Source of the DNA: Klebsormidium nitens
Taxonomy: Eukaryota > Plantae > Klebsormidiophyceae
Reading direction: 5' to 3'
DNA length: 64,000 nt
Assembly: GCA_000708835.1 (NCBI GenBank)
Contig: DF236993.1
Location: 230,307-294,306, forward strand
A model generated the notes under the pieces. It worked only from the letters and a program-made list of their open reading frames with translations. It was not told the DNA's origin and searched no databases. The number at the start of each line of letters is the position of its first letter. The stretch's first letter is position 1. Both the position numbers and the translations under genes were made by a program. This document shows, piece after piece, positions 1 through 11,500 of the stretch.

Positions 1-2
1 GC

Positions 3-656
3 TCGTTCCAGAGTATCCCCTCTGAAGCCAGCATCCAGAAGCTGAATGAGCAAGCGAACGGAGTGAGAGGCTTCAAGTACGCGCTGAGGTTCAGTCAGTA
101 CGGCACACACACCAGGAAGCTGCTCGATCCGAAGGCCACAATTGGGAACTTTGCTTACAACTTGCGAGCCCTGGGAAAGCGGCTGGGTCCGGTCTTGGTG
201 CAGTTGACGCGCAACTGGAAGATGAACCCCTCTGATTCTCCCGCCCGGCTGGACGCTTTCTTGAGGGCGGCAAAGCCGAAGTGTGCCAAGTGGGCGATGG
301 AGCTGCGGCACGAGTCCTGGCTATGTGAGTCCATCTACAGCGTCTTGAGGCAACACAACGTCGCTCTGTGCATCCATGACAACGTCGACGTGGAGGAGCA
401 CCCGCAGATGCTGACAGCGGACTGGACGTACGTGCTGTTCCATGGCCCAAGATCTGAGAGCACAAACACGTGGAGCGAGGGGTATGAAAGGAAGGAGCTA
501 CAGGCGCGAGCTAACTGGATTCGCAAGGTGCTCAAGCAGTACAAGGACGTCTATGCCTACTTCCGGAACCACAACGAGGGCCACGCTTTCCATGATGCTC
601 TGAAGCTGCGGGCAAGAGTTCTCCCGCTGAAGGAGAGCAAGTCCAAGAAAAGATAG
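3..656 (+). CDS. DUF72 (YecE-like) domain protein, 3' part; frame is open to the window edge
   Basis: Frame open from base 3 (SFQSIPSE...). DUF72-like motifs GFKY...GTH, LGPVLVQL, AMELRHESW, LCIHD, TADWTYVLFHG, DVYAYFRN...GHA. Stop at 654-656. Confidence 0.85.
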   Translation, partial: SFQSIPSEASIQKLNEQANGVRGFKYALRFSQYGTHTRKLLDPKATIGNFAYNLRALGKRLGPVLVQLTRNWKMNPSDSPARLDAFLRAAKPKCAKWAMELRHESWLCESIYSVLRQHNVALCIHDNVDVEEHPQMLTADWTYVLFHGPRSESTNTWSEGYERKELQARANWIRKVLKQYKDVYAYFRNHNEGHAFHDALKLRARVLPLKESKSKKR

Positions 657-1782
657 TTTGTGCAAGATGTGAAGATGCGTTGTACTGTTCGTTGGATTCA
701 CTAAGAAAACGTTCAATAGCCAACTTGAGACTACACAAAATGGTCAGCTTTTGGAGTCTTGGAGGGATGAGTGTGGCAGTGGCAAAAATTGGTTGCCGGT
801 GAGCTTTCAATGATATGGAGAGCACGAGTGCTCATGTACCCCGTCAAAGGCTAGTAGACTGGTTGGTGTACAGTAGCTTTTTGTAGCCATTTTTTACTGC
901 CAGTTGTAGAGTAATACGGTACGCTGCTTTTGAGACCTCTGTATTTTAAGTACTGTCGGTCAAGTACACCTGATGAGAAACTTCGTCCATGGCCTTTATT
1001 ACCAGCTTTCCTGAGAGGCCAAAATACCGATCCGTGCAGTGGATGAAGCATGCATCATGGTCACCTCACTCTCATGGGTTGACGTTGTGGTTGGATGCAA
1101 GCCATCCGATCATGCCGAAAGTCTGTTGGCAGACCGGACCTTGATTGCAACTATGGCGGCTTGAATCGCCATGCAGACAGCAAGATAAATCTGTTCAATG
1201 CAGTACCACGTCGACATGTTTACACTCATACGCATGGTTGGAGATTGAATAAGCAATGCCATACACTTTTGATGTAAATTCATCCAGTATACAGTATAAA
1301 CGTGAGACCAGTGACTGCAGCCTGCACATGTCATGCAGCTGCGGCTCCGGCTGTCATTTCATGGATGTTGAGGCAGCTTCGCGAAGCGACATGGAGCAGC
1401 CGGGCACAAAATGACATGTGCATGCATACAATGGTCATTGGTTTCATACACGTGCGAGCCGTCTGGCCCTCCGAGCCCTTATGATGCTTCAATCATTTCA
1501 AAACTTTGCAACCATGCGGGTGACTACCATTCTATAAGTGCATATGATTACCATGCACCCACGCAATAGACTGTGCGCAGCTGACAATGAGTGGACTTTA
1601 GTTGAAAGTGAAGGCAAAGGTTACAGAATTGCCTACAATGGCCGGACAAGGAGCCTCGATCCTTCGAACATAAGAGATTGCATACAGGAAAGCTCAACAG
1701 ATGATTATCGTCAAAAGAACAGAGTAAGCTTCCGATCAGATCCGCAACTGCTGCAATTCAGGAACCAGTGAAAGTACAGCAA

Positions 1783-4700
1783 TCATGCGTTATGGACAGC
1801 CACATTCTGCCCTGACTCCACCACTTTGTTGATTGGCACCCTTTGCCTCTGTTCCACATAAGCTGTGGGGAACCATCCAGCCCTTCCTTTGCACTCTCCT
1901 TCCGACCAGCCCGAATCCGACACCTGCAACAATCATGGCTCCCCTAGTTCAAAGTCCAGCATTTCAACATTTTTTGACCAGACAGTCATCCAGCGCAAAC
2001 CAGGATTTACTGGAAACTCCAAGCAGACTCGTAGAAAGGCGGGTTGCCTTTTCAACGAAAACATGCTCACAAACTTTGAACCTGGATTGCCCCTGCAGAT
2101 TTGCGGTTCATCGGGCGAGCAGACAAATGCGTGTGAGACAATGGCGAGCGGGCCCGGAACTCTTACCTGCCTGACCACCACGAAATCTCCAATTTGCAAG
2201 CTCAACTCGCTGTCGGATTCGGCTTGGAAGGCATGCATCGCCTGCGCGGCAAAGAATACAATATTTTTGTTGTTCGCAAGACTCTCAAGTGACGAGGACC
2301 AAGAAGTAAAAACGACATTGAGAGACCCACGAAGCTAACGAGGACTCCACTCTAGATGCAGTCGTAAGACCGTCGGATGCTACCAACAAAAGCAAGCACG
2401 ACCCAACTGAGGGATTCCACCCAGACTCCTCATCCAACTTTTCAAGAAGGAACCGAAAAGGGGACCCGTTCGCACGTACCAGCTATGATTTGTCGGCTCA
2501 ATTTCGTTTGGGGAGAAGACTTTGTTCGCATCTGCTCAACGAAGACTAGCTACACGACTGACGTTCCTCTGCTCTTTGAAATCGCAGAGCTTCATCAAGA
2601 TGCATCTGTCCCAGACATTGTGTAAGTCCGTCTGAAGCGGAACATGGCAGCATGAATTGGTCGGTAACAACGAGATCTGCTTCACGAAGGGAATCGGCAA
2701 GCCTCACCTCTGCAAGGAAGTAGAGCGCCTTCTGCGAGCCTGACGGCTTGCCTGCACCCCCGGACGAATCACCGTGGAACGAAGCTTCAGCATCACCGCT
2801 AGGGGTGGGGGGCGCCGAGTCGCCCTTCTGCCTCTCTGCCATAATCTGCAGAGTGTACCGCCACGTCAATATGAGTGCCTGAGCACTTGAGCGGGCCTTT
2901 CACAGTGAGAGCGAGGTCGCAGGAAGATGTGTCGAATTTCTGGAGACGTCTTCCAATCCGATTCTGCGAATTAAGCTTGCGGAAGACTGTAGATCGAAAA
3001 CGATTCAGCTGACCTATGACAGGCTCTCAAGCGACCAGTTAGGTCAATTCTCTTACATAAGGAAAATCTGACGTCACTGATACGGAATCCACTCTTCCCT
3101 ACAGGCTTTTTGTTGAAGTCGCTTTCCTCGAGCATCGGTTTACATTCAAAAGCCTGGCCACACAGCACTTTCGACTGATTCCACACCTGGCTGTAAACCT
3201 GGTCCAGCAGGCTTGCACACGTGGCATGGTACTCCTTCTCCGAGCGCACGGCGTCGATGAGCCGTTGCAGCGTCACCCGCTGCTGCTGCGTCTCCACGGA
3301 AATGAGCGAAGACGCAGCCTCCTTGCCAAGAACGGCCATCGCCGCCGTGAGGTCCTGCATCTTCTGCTCTGCCTCACGGAGCTTCTTAGAGGCGTCGTCT
3401 GCGCTGCCCCCTGCGCTGGCGCGGTCGGAGCGCCGCTGGACTGACCCGGCCTGTTTGACCAAAAGGAGAGTTGGTTGGATCTACAAACTGCTGCTTTGAT
3501 CGGATTGGCTGAGCTTCGACAAGTGGTTTCACGGACTGCTGCTTTGATTGGGTAGTTGCTTGGACTGCTGAACTCACATACTGCTATCATGATTGAGTTG
3601 GCTACTGGGACTAGTGACGAGATAGTTGCGAAGGAGCACTTGCTGCACAGCTTCGGAGCAGGGCTGGAACTGAACGTCTAGAAGGAAAGTGCGCACTCTG
3701 CCAGGCTCATTGCGGTTGCTAAAGCTCAGCGTCGGTGAGTTCGGGTCACTCTGTGTTGCTAGAACCCGACTTGATTTGGAGGCCAGATTGTCCAAGTTGT
3801 GCGCCTTTGGTAGAAGAAAGACAATGACGGTGCTGACGATACAAGAAGATCCAGCAACAATATGCAGGGAGACAACCAACCTCTGGTAGCTGTGGTTGCG
3901 ACGAGAGGCAAAATCAGAAACTTGATACACGGCATTCTGATGAAAACGGCAGGTTGTCTCACCGTCTGTACGGCCTCGTCTCGCAGCTTTTCGTATCTCC
4001 TGTAGAGGTGCCTTGCATCTTCTAGAGGGGCTCCACTGATCATGGCTTTCAAAGGGTCCCCAACCTGCACATACCAGTCCAGTGGTCAGAATCAAGAATA
4101 ATCCACAACAAGGCATAAATTGCACAACAAAGTCCGCAGCCAAGTACAAGTTTGCTGATCCCATTACTTCTTTCGAAGCTCCTGGAAAGCTTCGCTAACA
4201 AAAAGATACTGGTATCAACTTGAGCGGGAAGGAAACAGTACCACTGTAAACTTCCAGCAAGAGCCTGCTTGAAGCAAATGACAGGGTCAAACTGAGGTGT
4301 TGAGGCGGTTGGCAAACTCACGGTTGTGGCCAAAGCACGGTGGAAGGATTCCCGCTCCTTCTCAACATTGACCCTCCCATTTGAGTAGTGCAGAGCAGCG
4401 CGAGCAAGGGTACTGTTTGGAGCGGGCCCCTCCACCGCATACTTGCGGCAGTCATCACCCAACCTGGCGCCTATCTCCGAGTACTTGGCACCGCTCGCCA
4501 CCAGGCCGTCTACGCCCTTGACAATATCCTTTTGGAAGTGCTGCAAAGTAAAGGCAACCGTCAGCGGACACCTTGGAGGATGTGTTCAGCCTATGTAGCT
4601 CTCAAGAGGGCAACTTCACTCAACTTGTGCAACCAATACATCTAGATCAGTCCTGCCTGGACAGAAGGGGCTTCCACACACAAGAAGAGTGCTGTGCTTC

Positions 4701-5172
4701 CAGCTGGTGGACTCTGTAAAGCAGCGACAGTGTGATGCTCGCCTTTGTGTTGGTTGTTGATGCGTTCAGCCTTTCCAGCTGCTGGTGCCTCTGGAGCTCT
4801 GCTTCATCTGTGACAACCGCATTGCTGCCTTCCTTGGGGGCAGCAAACTTGCCCATTACAGCCTACAGCAAGCAGGAGAGTGACTTCAGTCCTGACAGAC
4901 AACCACCAACATTGCAATCACAGTATGTCATCTGTAGAGGTTGATTCTTATCTTTCACTTCATCCAGCAGATGTCCTCGAACGGAGGCACCATGTACTCG
5001 CAAGTTTCTTGCAGATACATACCCGCAGAGTAAAAGCACATGACCAGTAGACTTCCAACCAGATGCAAAGACGACTCAAAAAGATACATGGTTGGTCTCA
5101 GCTTTTACTCACCGCCTGCTGCTTTGAAACTTCGCTCCCAAGCTTCTGGGCATGCTTACGCAGGAAATCCAT
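1783..5172 (-). CDS. SH3P2: SH3 domain-containing BAR protein (plant SH3P1/2/3 family), multi-exon
   Basis: Exons encode MDFLRKHAQKLGSEVSKQQA (ATG 5172), DEAELQRHQQLERL, HFQKDIVKGVDG, VGDPLKAMISGAPLEDARHL, AAMAVLGKEAASSLISVETQQQRVTLQRLI, YFLAE, AMHAFQAESDSELSLQIGDFVVVRQ and VSDSGWSEGECKGRAGWFPTAYVEQR (last exon 1783-1923, TGA at 1783). Confidence 0.93.
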
Positions 5173-5874
5173 GGTCCTGCAATCCAGCCAATGCCAGTGA
5201 CTCCTTAGTCCTCTGAAGATGGTTGAGGCAGGGCCCCTAAAACAAGCAGGCTTACAAAGAATCAGGAACTCGTGCAGACTACAAATTATCAATGCATGAC
5301 GACTTCACGCCCTCGGAAGTTGTTTCGAGGATGACGCTCACCTTAGCAGACTCGGGAGAATGCAGATCAATCGAGCCGGTTGCTGGAGGGGAGGCTGTGC
5401 AGATGGAGTGCTCAAGAGAGATTTCCACAATGTGCTTGGTACTGCTCCCAAATGCCTGGATCGTACTTGGTCGTCAGGCGCTTGTGACGGACCCTCCACC
5501 AAAGCCTCAGAATCAAAGCGCCCCAGCAGAGATGAGTGCCCAGCCTGTTTTGAATGTGAGAAAAACCCACGGTTCAGATTTCCGTTAGACAGACCAATCA
5601 GCCAGTTCTTCGACGTCGGGTGGTGGACATATGTTTCGACATGTGGTTCCCCGCTGTCAAAGTTTTTATCTTGTCGAAGTCTGTTGAGGTGGCCTGGCCA
5701 CCCACTTAACCTTAACCCAGACACGTGAAACCCTAATCTGCGCTCTTGCAGCTGTTGTTTGCACAGTCATGCAGACTCGTCACTCTCTCTGGAGGCAGAA
5801 CGCTTTTGGTGTTTTGTTCACCTGACGCCTCCCTTTTCAGAAAGTTCCTTGCAGCATTGTCTCCACATGGCATC

Positions 5875-6258
5875 ATGGACGCCCTCAAGACGACCTTCAG
5901 CAAGGGGGTGGACTTCTTGTTCCTGCTGTTCGACCTCCTCCGGGCGTGGTGGAGTTTGACATACTTGTCATATGTCTGGATCATCAATGAGCTATGGGCT
6001 GTCACAGCGGCATTGGGGATCCTCGTGACATCCACAGCCGCAGTTTGCATTGCAGTCTGCATAAACTGGACGTTGGAGATCATATCGGCACTTCTAGGGA
6101 TCACCTTCTCATTTGTCTACGTTGGAGCGGTTGCATTTTGCGCATGGTGCCTCGCAGTGGTTGCTGTGTGCTTGTACCCTTTAGTTAAAACGCTCCTGCT
6201 CATGAGGAAGCTCGCTCAGATACTGCTGCGGTGTACAAAGGCACTGGTGACGGAATGA
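5875..6258 (+). CDS. Hypothetical 127-aa hydrophobic/membrane protein (single exon)
   Basis: ATG at 5875 (MDALKTTFSKG...) follows acceptor-like sites. Long hydrophobic core and basic C-terminus. No family recognised. Confidence 0.45.
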   Translation: MDALKTTFSKGVDFLFLLFDLLRAWWSLTYLSYVWIINELWAVTAALGILVTSTAAVCIAVCINWTLEIISALLGITFSFVYVGAVAFCAWCLAVVAVCLYPLVKTLLLMRKLAQILLRCTKALVTE

Positions 6259-8597
6259 CGCCTGCCAAGCGACTCCACTACACGTAGGTGAGCATCTGCA
6301 CTAAGACTAGAAAATCAAGGGTGGACAGTCAGAGCCAGACTGGTGTAGCGTCTGCCTTGACTATCTATGCCAGTATCTCAGCCAGAGATATTACTGGCAA
6401 GACCATGAGTTCTTTCATAACTCATGGCCCAGACATCCTATTTTTGGGTCAGGTTTTTCAAGAACTTTTGTTGGTAGGCGTACTTCACGGTAGTAAATTC
6501 AGAGAAGAGCCCCCAAAGCCTCTCTCTTTTGCATACGTTTGTAGCACATGAGGTGGCAAATGTAGTTCGTTCGCCCCCAGTTTCAACAACAACCAATAAC
6601 AATAACAATATCAATATCAATCTGAACAATCTGAACCTAGTTTGGCAGTCAACCCAGCATTTGACATGCCCTTCTTTCAATTTTGTTGTGCTCCAAAGCT
6701 TGTTCTTTTCAGACCGGTCTTGTCGAGTTGGCTTGCAGAAGCATTTTCAAAAGAGTAGCATTAGACAACAGAACGTGCGAACTAAGTGGATTCAAAGAAA
6801 GGACGACAACGATCCAAGCACACCTTCTGCAGGGCTACACTTTGTATATATGTCAAGTGGAAACCTGCTGTGGTGCTCACGCTACTTTGAAGGACAGAAC
6901 ATCCGGACCGCAACCGGTGAGCGCACCATCTTCCAGTATCTACCTTGTGGTAGATTGCGCGGCTCAAGGCAGCAGTCCTATATGTTGAAGATGGAAGCCG
7001 TACGAGAGAACCAAAAACACAAGCTAGATTGATTGCTAGGTTGATCTTTTCAACCTAGAGTCTGATAGAGTCTGCTTGTATTTCCTTCTCAAATGGGTCC
7101 TCTTGTTTCCTGGAACTTTGTCCAAGAAAGGTGGAGAAGGAATTGAACGGTTGGTCTAATCAGGTATGTTTGTTCAGAACACCAACCTTTGTTTGCGACT
7201 TGAGTTTGTCCATCGAAGAGCTATGCAGCCCAATCCCTAGTCCGAATCAATGGTAAAGCCTCTTCTTACTTTTCACTGGCCACGAGGTTTAGACAGAGAC
7301 ATTGCTCCTCGTAATGGTGACCTCATGGCAAGTTCCATGTTTAATCATAAAGTCGTCAATCCCTCCTGATTGTGCTTGCAGGTGATCAGGTTCTGCCCGA
7401 CTTCCAAGGGTATACTCCTAAGATTTGTGTCGAGCTCTCTTTATTCATCATGACGCATTTGCTCAAGTTGCGGCGCTGAAGAAACATGGGCCAATGAATT
7501 GGTAAAGCCACTATCCAATGCATTGAGAGCTGTATGTGTCTGGACAGCAAGTCTGCCGTGCAAGTGACAATGTCAGGCAGCTAGTAGCCTGCAATTCTAT
7601 AATAGTATCCTAGATGAGGAAGATGATCAGACAACTAGCAACCATATAAGAATGACATGACGGCCCTTGACTGATGACACCGGTAAGATTAGTGGAAGAA
7701 TCAGGGCACTCACTCAGTCCGTTCTTATCTTCCATTGCGTCTTCCACAGGTGTCAGACCGCAGCGCGCCGAACATGTACATGATAGCTGTTCAGCTTTAG
7801 TATAATTGATAGCAGCGTCTACTTTGCAGTAAGCAAACTCAACATGCCATTGATGTACTCGAATAGTGTGGTTGTGTCATGTGCCATGGGTCATACGCTC
7901 TGGCCGGGCCCTGAAAGCATATGTTGATGGATTCTCGAGAATCATGCGCCAGCAGAATATTACAAGGATTCTCACTTCGAATATGCGTTTCGAGCGCGCA
8001 GAGCCTGCCAGCAATGGCCTGAGATGTAGCGTGTTATAAAACCACGCTAGCTGCACAGTGGTCGATCTTTCATGTATCCGACATATGCGGAATACGTATA
8101 AAGCTCAATCATGATATGACTTTGTTTCAACGCATGGCGGCAGGACAGTAACAACAATTTATACACTGATTGAACATGATCAAAATCAGTGATCGAGGAA
8201 CTTGCAGCTGTGTTCGACGACAACCAAACGCGCACAGATTGACAACATGCCGAGCTGTTGTAACACATTGTCAGAAGAATCCGTCGTGTACCGCTGCCAC
8301 TGTAAGAATACACAAGGAGGAAGGTAAAAGTACCTGGTTTTGCGAGCTCCTAGCTCAAAAGCCTAAGGCTAACTTGATTGTACACAAGCCGCATCTTGTC
8401 CACCTGTGTCGAACCTCCAAAAGAAAGCCCATCATAGCAGCATCAACTATAATCAGTTTGCTACCTAGGACCTTTTTGCTACCTAGCTTGGTCACGCCTC
8501 AATAAGACGCACACTCGCATGCATCTCATGGGCTTCGTCACTACCGCATGCGAGGAGAATGTTCATCAGATTAGTCTAGCCAGTAACTTTGGACGGG

Positions 8598-11500
8598 CTA
8601 GGCCGCAGGCCAAGGCCGGTTTGCCACGTTTGCCTTCACCATCCCCTCCGCTTTCAAACTCTCCCCCTCCTCAATCTCCATCGGCGTCCGGTTGACGACG
8701 TACTCAATAAAGAAAACAGCAAGCGGGACGGCAATGAGCAGGCCCCAGACCCCGAGCGTGTGCTCCGCAAACACGAGCACCGCGAGCACCAGAAGTGGAT
8801 GCAGCTTCAAGTGGGCTGCGAAGAGTCGGAAGAGCCGTGTCAAACTTTGCGATGCCAATTGGCTGTCGATAAGACAGGAAACAACATTGTAAAAGGGCCG
8901 TTTGTCAACACACTTAATCGGTAATTTCATGTGAACGAACCGGGCATCCACCATGATAGGGAGGAATGGAAGCGAGCGGGAACGGATGGGGAGAGGGAGG
9001 CGACAAACAGATGGTAACAAGAACAAGAGCGGGTTTTTGTTGCAGAGAGTTATGATCTTCAAAAGCTCGGCTCGGCCCGAGTTTGAGAGAGGCATCCCTC
9101 GAAAACAGGCAGATGAGCGAACCGACTCGCATCCTGCCTCAAAAACAGAGCGAAACCGCGAATGTTCGAACGGCCACCGCTGGGGTTGCAAAAGTCAACG
9201 CTAAACTTCCTTCAACCAGTGAGAAAATTCATCAATCACCCGTTGCTCAGGCCGCTCAAACTTCAGTGCGGCCCGACATGACTGGACTCATGTGTAAAGA
9301 GCGGTGAGTAGTGGCCGCTTGAGAGTTTGTTGACCTGATTTCTTTCTCGACGGCTTCCCCGACGACGTTTACGCAGGCAGCCAGAATCCAGGTCGACTCT
9401 TATTGTCGCATGCGTTCACCAGAAATCGCATCTTGCTAGCGGCCCTAAAAACAGTTTGTTGCAACTAAAGGCGCGAAGCATGGTCAAGTTGGGTCATTTA
9501 CCTGAATAGATGACGGGGTTCAACACGTACGCTTCTATGGCATGCGTGACGACCACCATCGCAATCACTAGAAGCAGCTGAAAGGCACCGTACCTGCACA
9601 GACAAGGGAGATTGTGTCAGCCTTGCACATTCCGTGCCGAGTCCAAGGAAACATTACGAAGTAAAGCGAGGCTAGTCGAAGAGGTGATGAAGGATCACCC
9701 TGGCGCTACGGGCTCGTCAGATCAGTCCCAAGGACCACGGACTAGACTCTATACTTCAGTGGTGTATCCGTGACGCACAAACAAACGGCAACTCAAGTGC
9801 TCGTTATACGTGCGTACACAAGCAGAGAGCAAGGCTTTCGTGCACGCCTTTTTCTGCCACGGAAAATTTAGCGCCACGGAAACTCGTGCGCCTGAATCAT
9901 GCGGTCGCTGCAGGACGGCTGACAAGACCCTCTTTTACGTTTTGGACGCGAGGAAGATCTGTCTCTCAGTAACCACCACTTGCCCCAAGACTCCGACGAA
10001 ACTGGATATGACGCTGTTTGAGGACAGCATGTCCTTGACTCGAGGCTAAAAAGGCAACGAATCTACTTTGGAGCCGTTGAGGAAAAGCAGTGTGCCAGCG
10101 GTTCGCATCAACGATTTAACACATGACTCCAGACCGCCCACTCCGCGAGCGCTCGCGACTCCTTCTGCCAGGGCGACGAGGCCGATGAGGATGGTGGATA
10201 GAAGAACGCAATCAACGCCACCCTTCGTTTCGAACAATCCATTTGAATGCTGTTGAAACAAACCCTTCTGTGCTGATTTTGCACGAGCGGTCGACACCAC
10301 TCCAAACCGCCACTTTGCAAACGTTTTGCGACTTACTCTGCTAGTGCGACGAGGCCGATGGGAATGGTGGACAGGAAGACGCCGGCTACGGGAACAAAGG
10401 AGCAGATGAAGACTACGATGGAAAGGCCCAGAACTCCGGGGAGGCGCAAAAAGAGACAGCCCAGCCCGGTGAGTAGCGTATTGACCACCGCGATGGCGGA
10501 CTGCGCCTGGAGGGCCTTGCCGAACAGCCGGCCGAAGGTGGCCACCTGCGAGGGAAGCAAAGGCATGGGGATTCGTTTTAGAAACCGAAAACAGTCTGCT
10601 TTCAAGAGGTAATTGACACGATAGCCGCTTCCCAGCACTGGCAGGCTGGGTTGGATTCTGCGAAGCTGCCGAAGAAGATGGCTACTTGAGAAGGAAGATG
10701 AGACATCAGAACTTTCCAACCGAAATGATAACGGCCCGCTTCTTCACGGTGCTCACCAGTTGGGCCCTTCGAACTATGTGAAGGGAAAATGAAGGTAAAG
10801 AGAAACTTGTCGGCCACAATCGGAAGGAGGCAAGGCGCCGAGATTCTTTCCAGAAACTCAAGACGGGGGCTTCCATCAGGTTACTGCAGCGGATAGCCTT
10901 TTCAAGAAGCGACAGCGACGTAAGGAGACGGGAACTCTTTACTAATGCGCTGAATGTGAATACACGAACAACCAGCAGTGGGCCAGCTTTCCAGACGAAT
11001 GCAGCGAAAGAATTTGCCTGGAACCGACAGAAGCGTTTGAAAGCTTCTGTTCTTCTTTGCTAAGCCGCCCATCAGATAGGTCCGCATCTGCAAGGCTGAC
11101 GACGAACCTCCAAAGATCGGGATTAAGGAACGGAGAAAGCAGCAAACTGCTCTAAGTGGAGGTTAGTGGAACTTACGGCCGGTGCGATCTCCTCATACAC
11201 GGCGGAGAGTCGGGATTCGCGGAGCGATTTGGCGCCCCTTTGGAGGGTGGGGAGGTCCCAGACGATCATGAAGGAGAAGAGCAGGCTCACAGCGCACTGC
11301 ACACGATGACGTCAGAAAATGCTCTGTCACAGTTTGCGACCGAGTTTTGTTCGCAGGAGAACAAGGTCGCCGAAGGCTGAGGCACAACACAGGCTCAAAG
11401 GTAGAACGTGGTTTTGTGGCGGCCGATAAGTACGAGAGCTTACCTGCGGACCTCATACCAGTGGCAAGGCTTCAAGTGGTCACATGGATCGGAAGAAAAG

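Noticed and set aside
3455-3580. Short repeats (CTGCTGCTTTGAT twice) in an SH3P intron, and other faint exon-like matches at about 17855, 36120, 55400-55570, 56700-56990 and 60298
   Set aside because: Possibly old echoes, but too short or degenerate to support by eye without alignment statistics.
6529-7032. 167-aa ORF with an Asn run
   Set aside because: Driven by an AAC/AAT microsatellite; no ATG start or splice support.
6300-8500. snoRNA or other ncRNA in the long spacer
   Set aside because: Isolated TGATGA/CTGA words without terminal stems or recognisable guide sequences.
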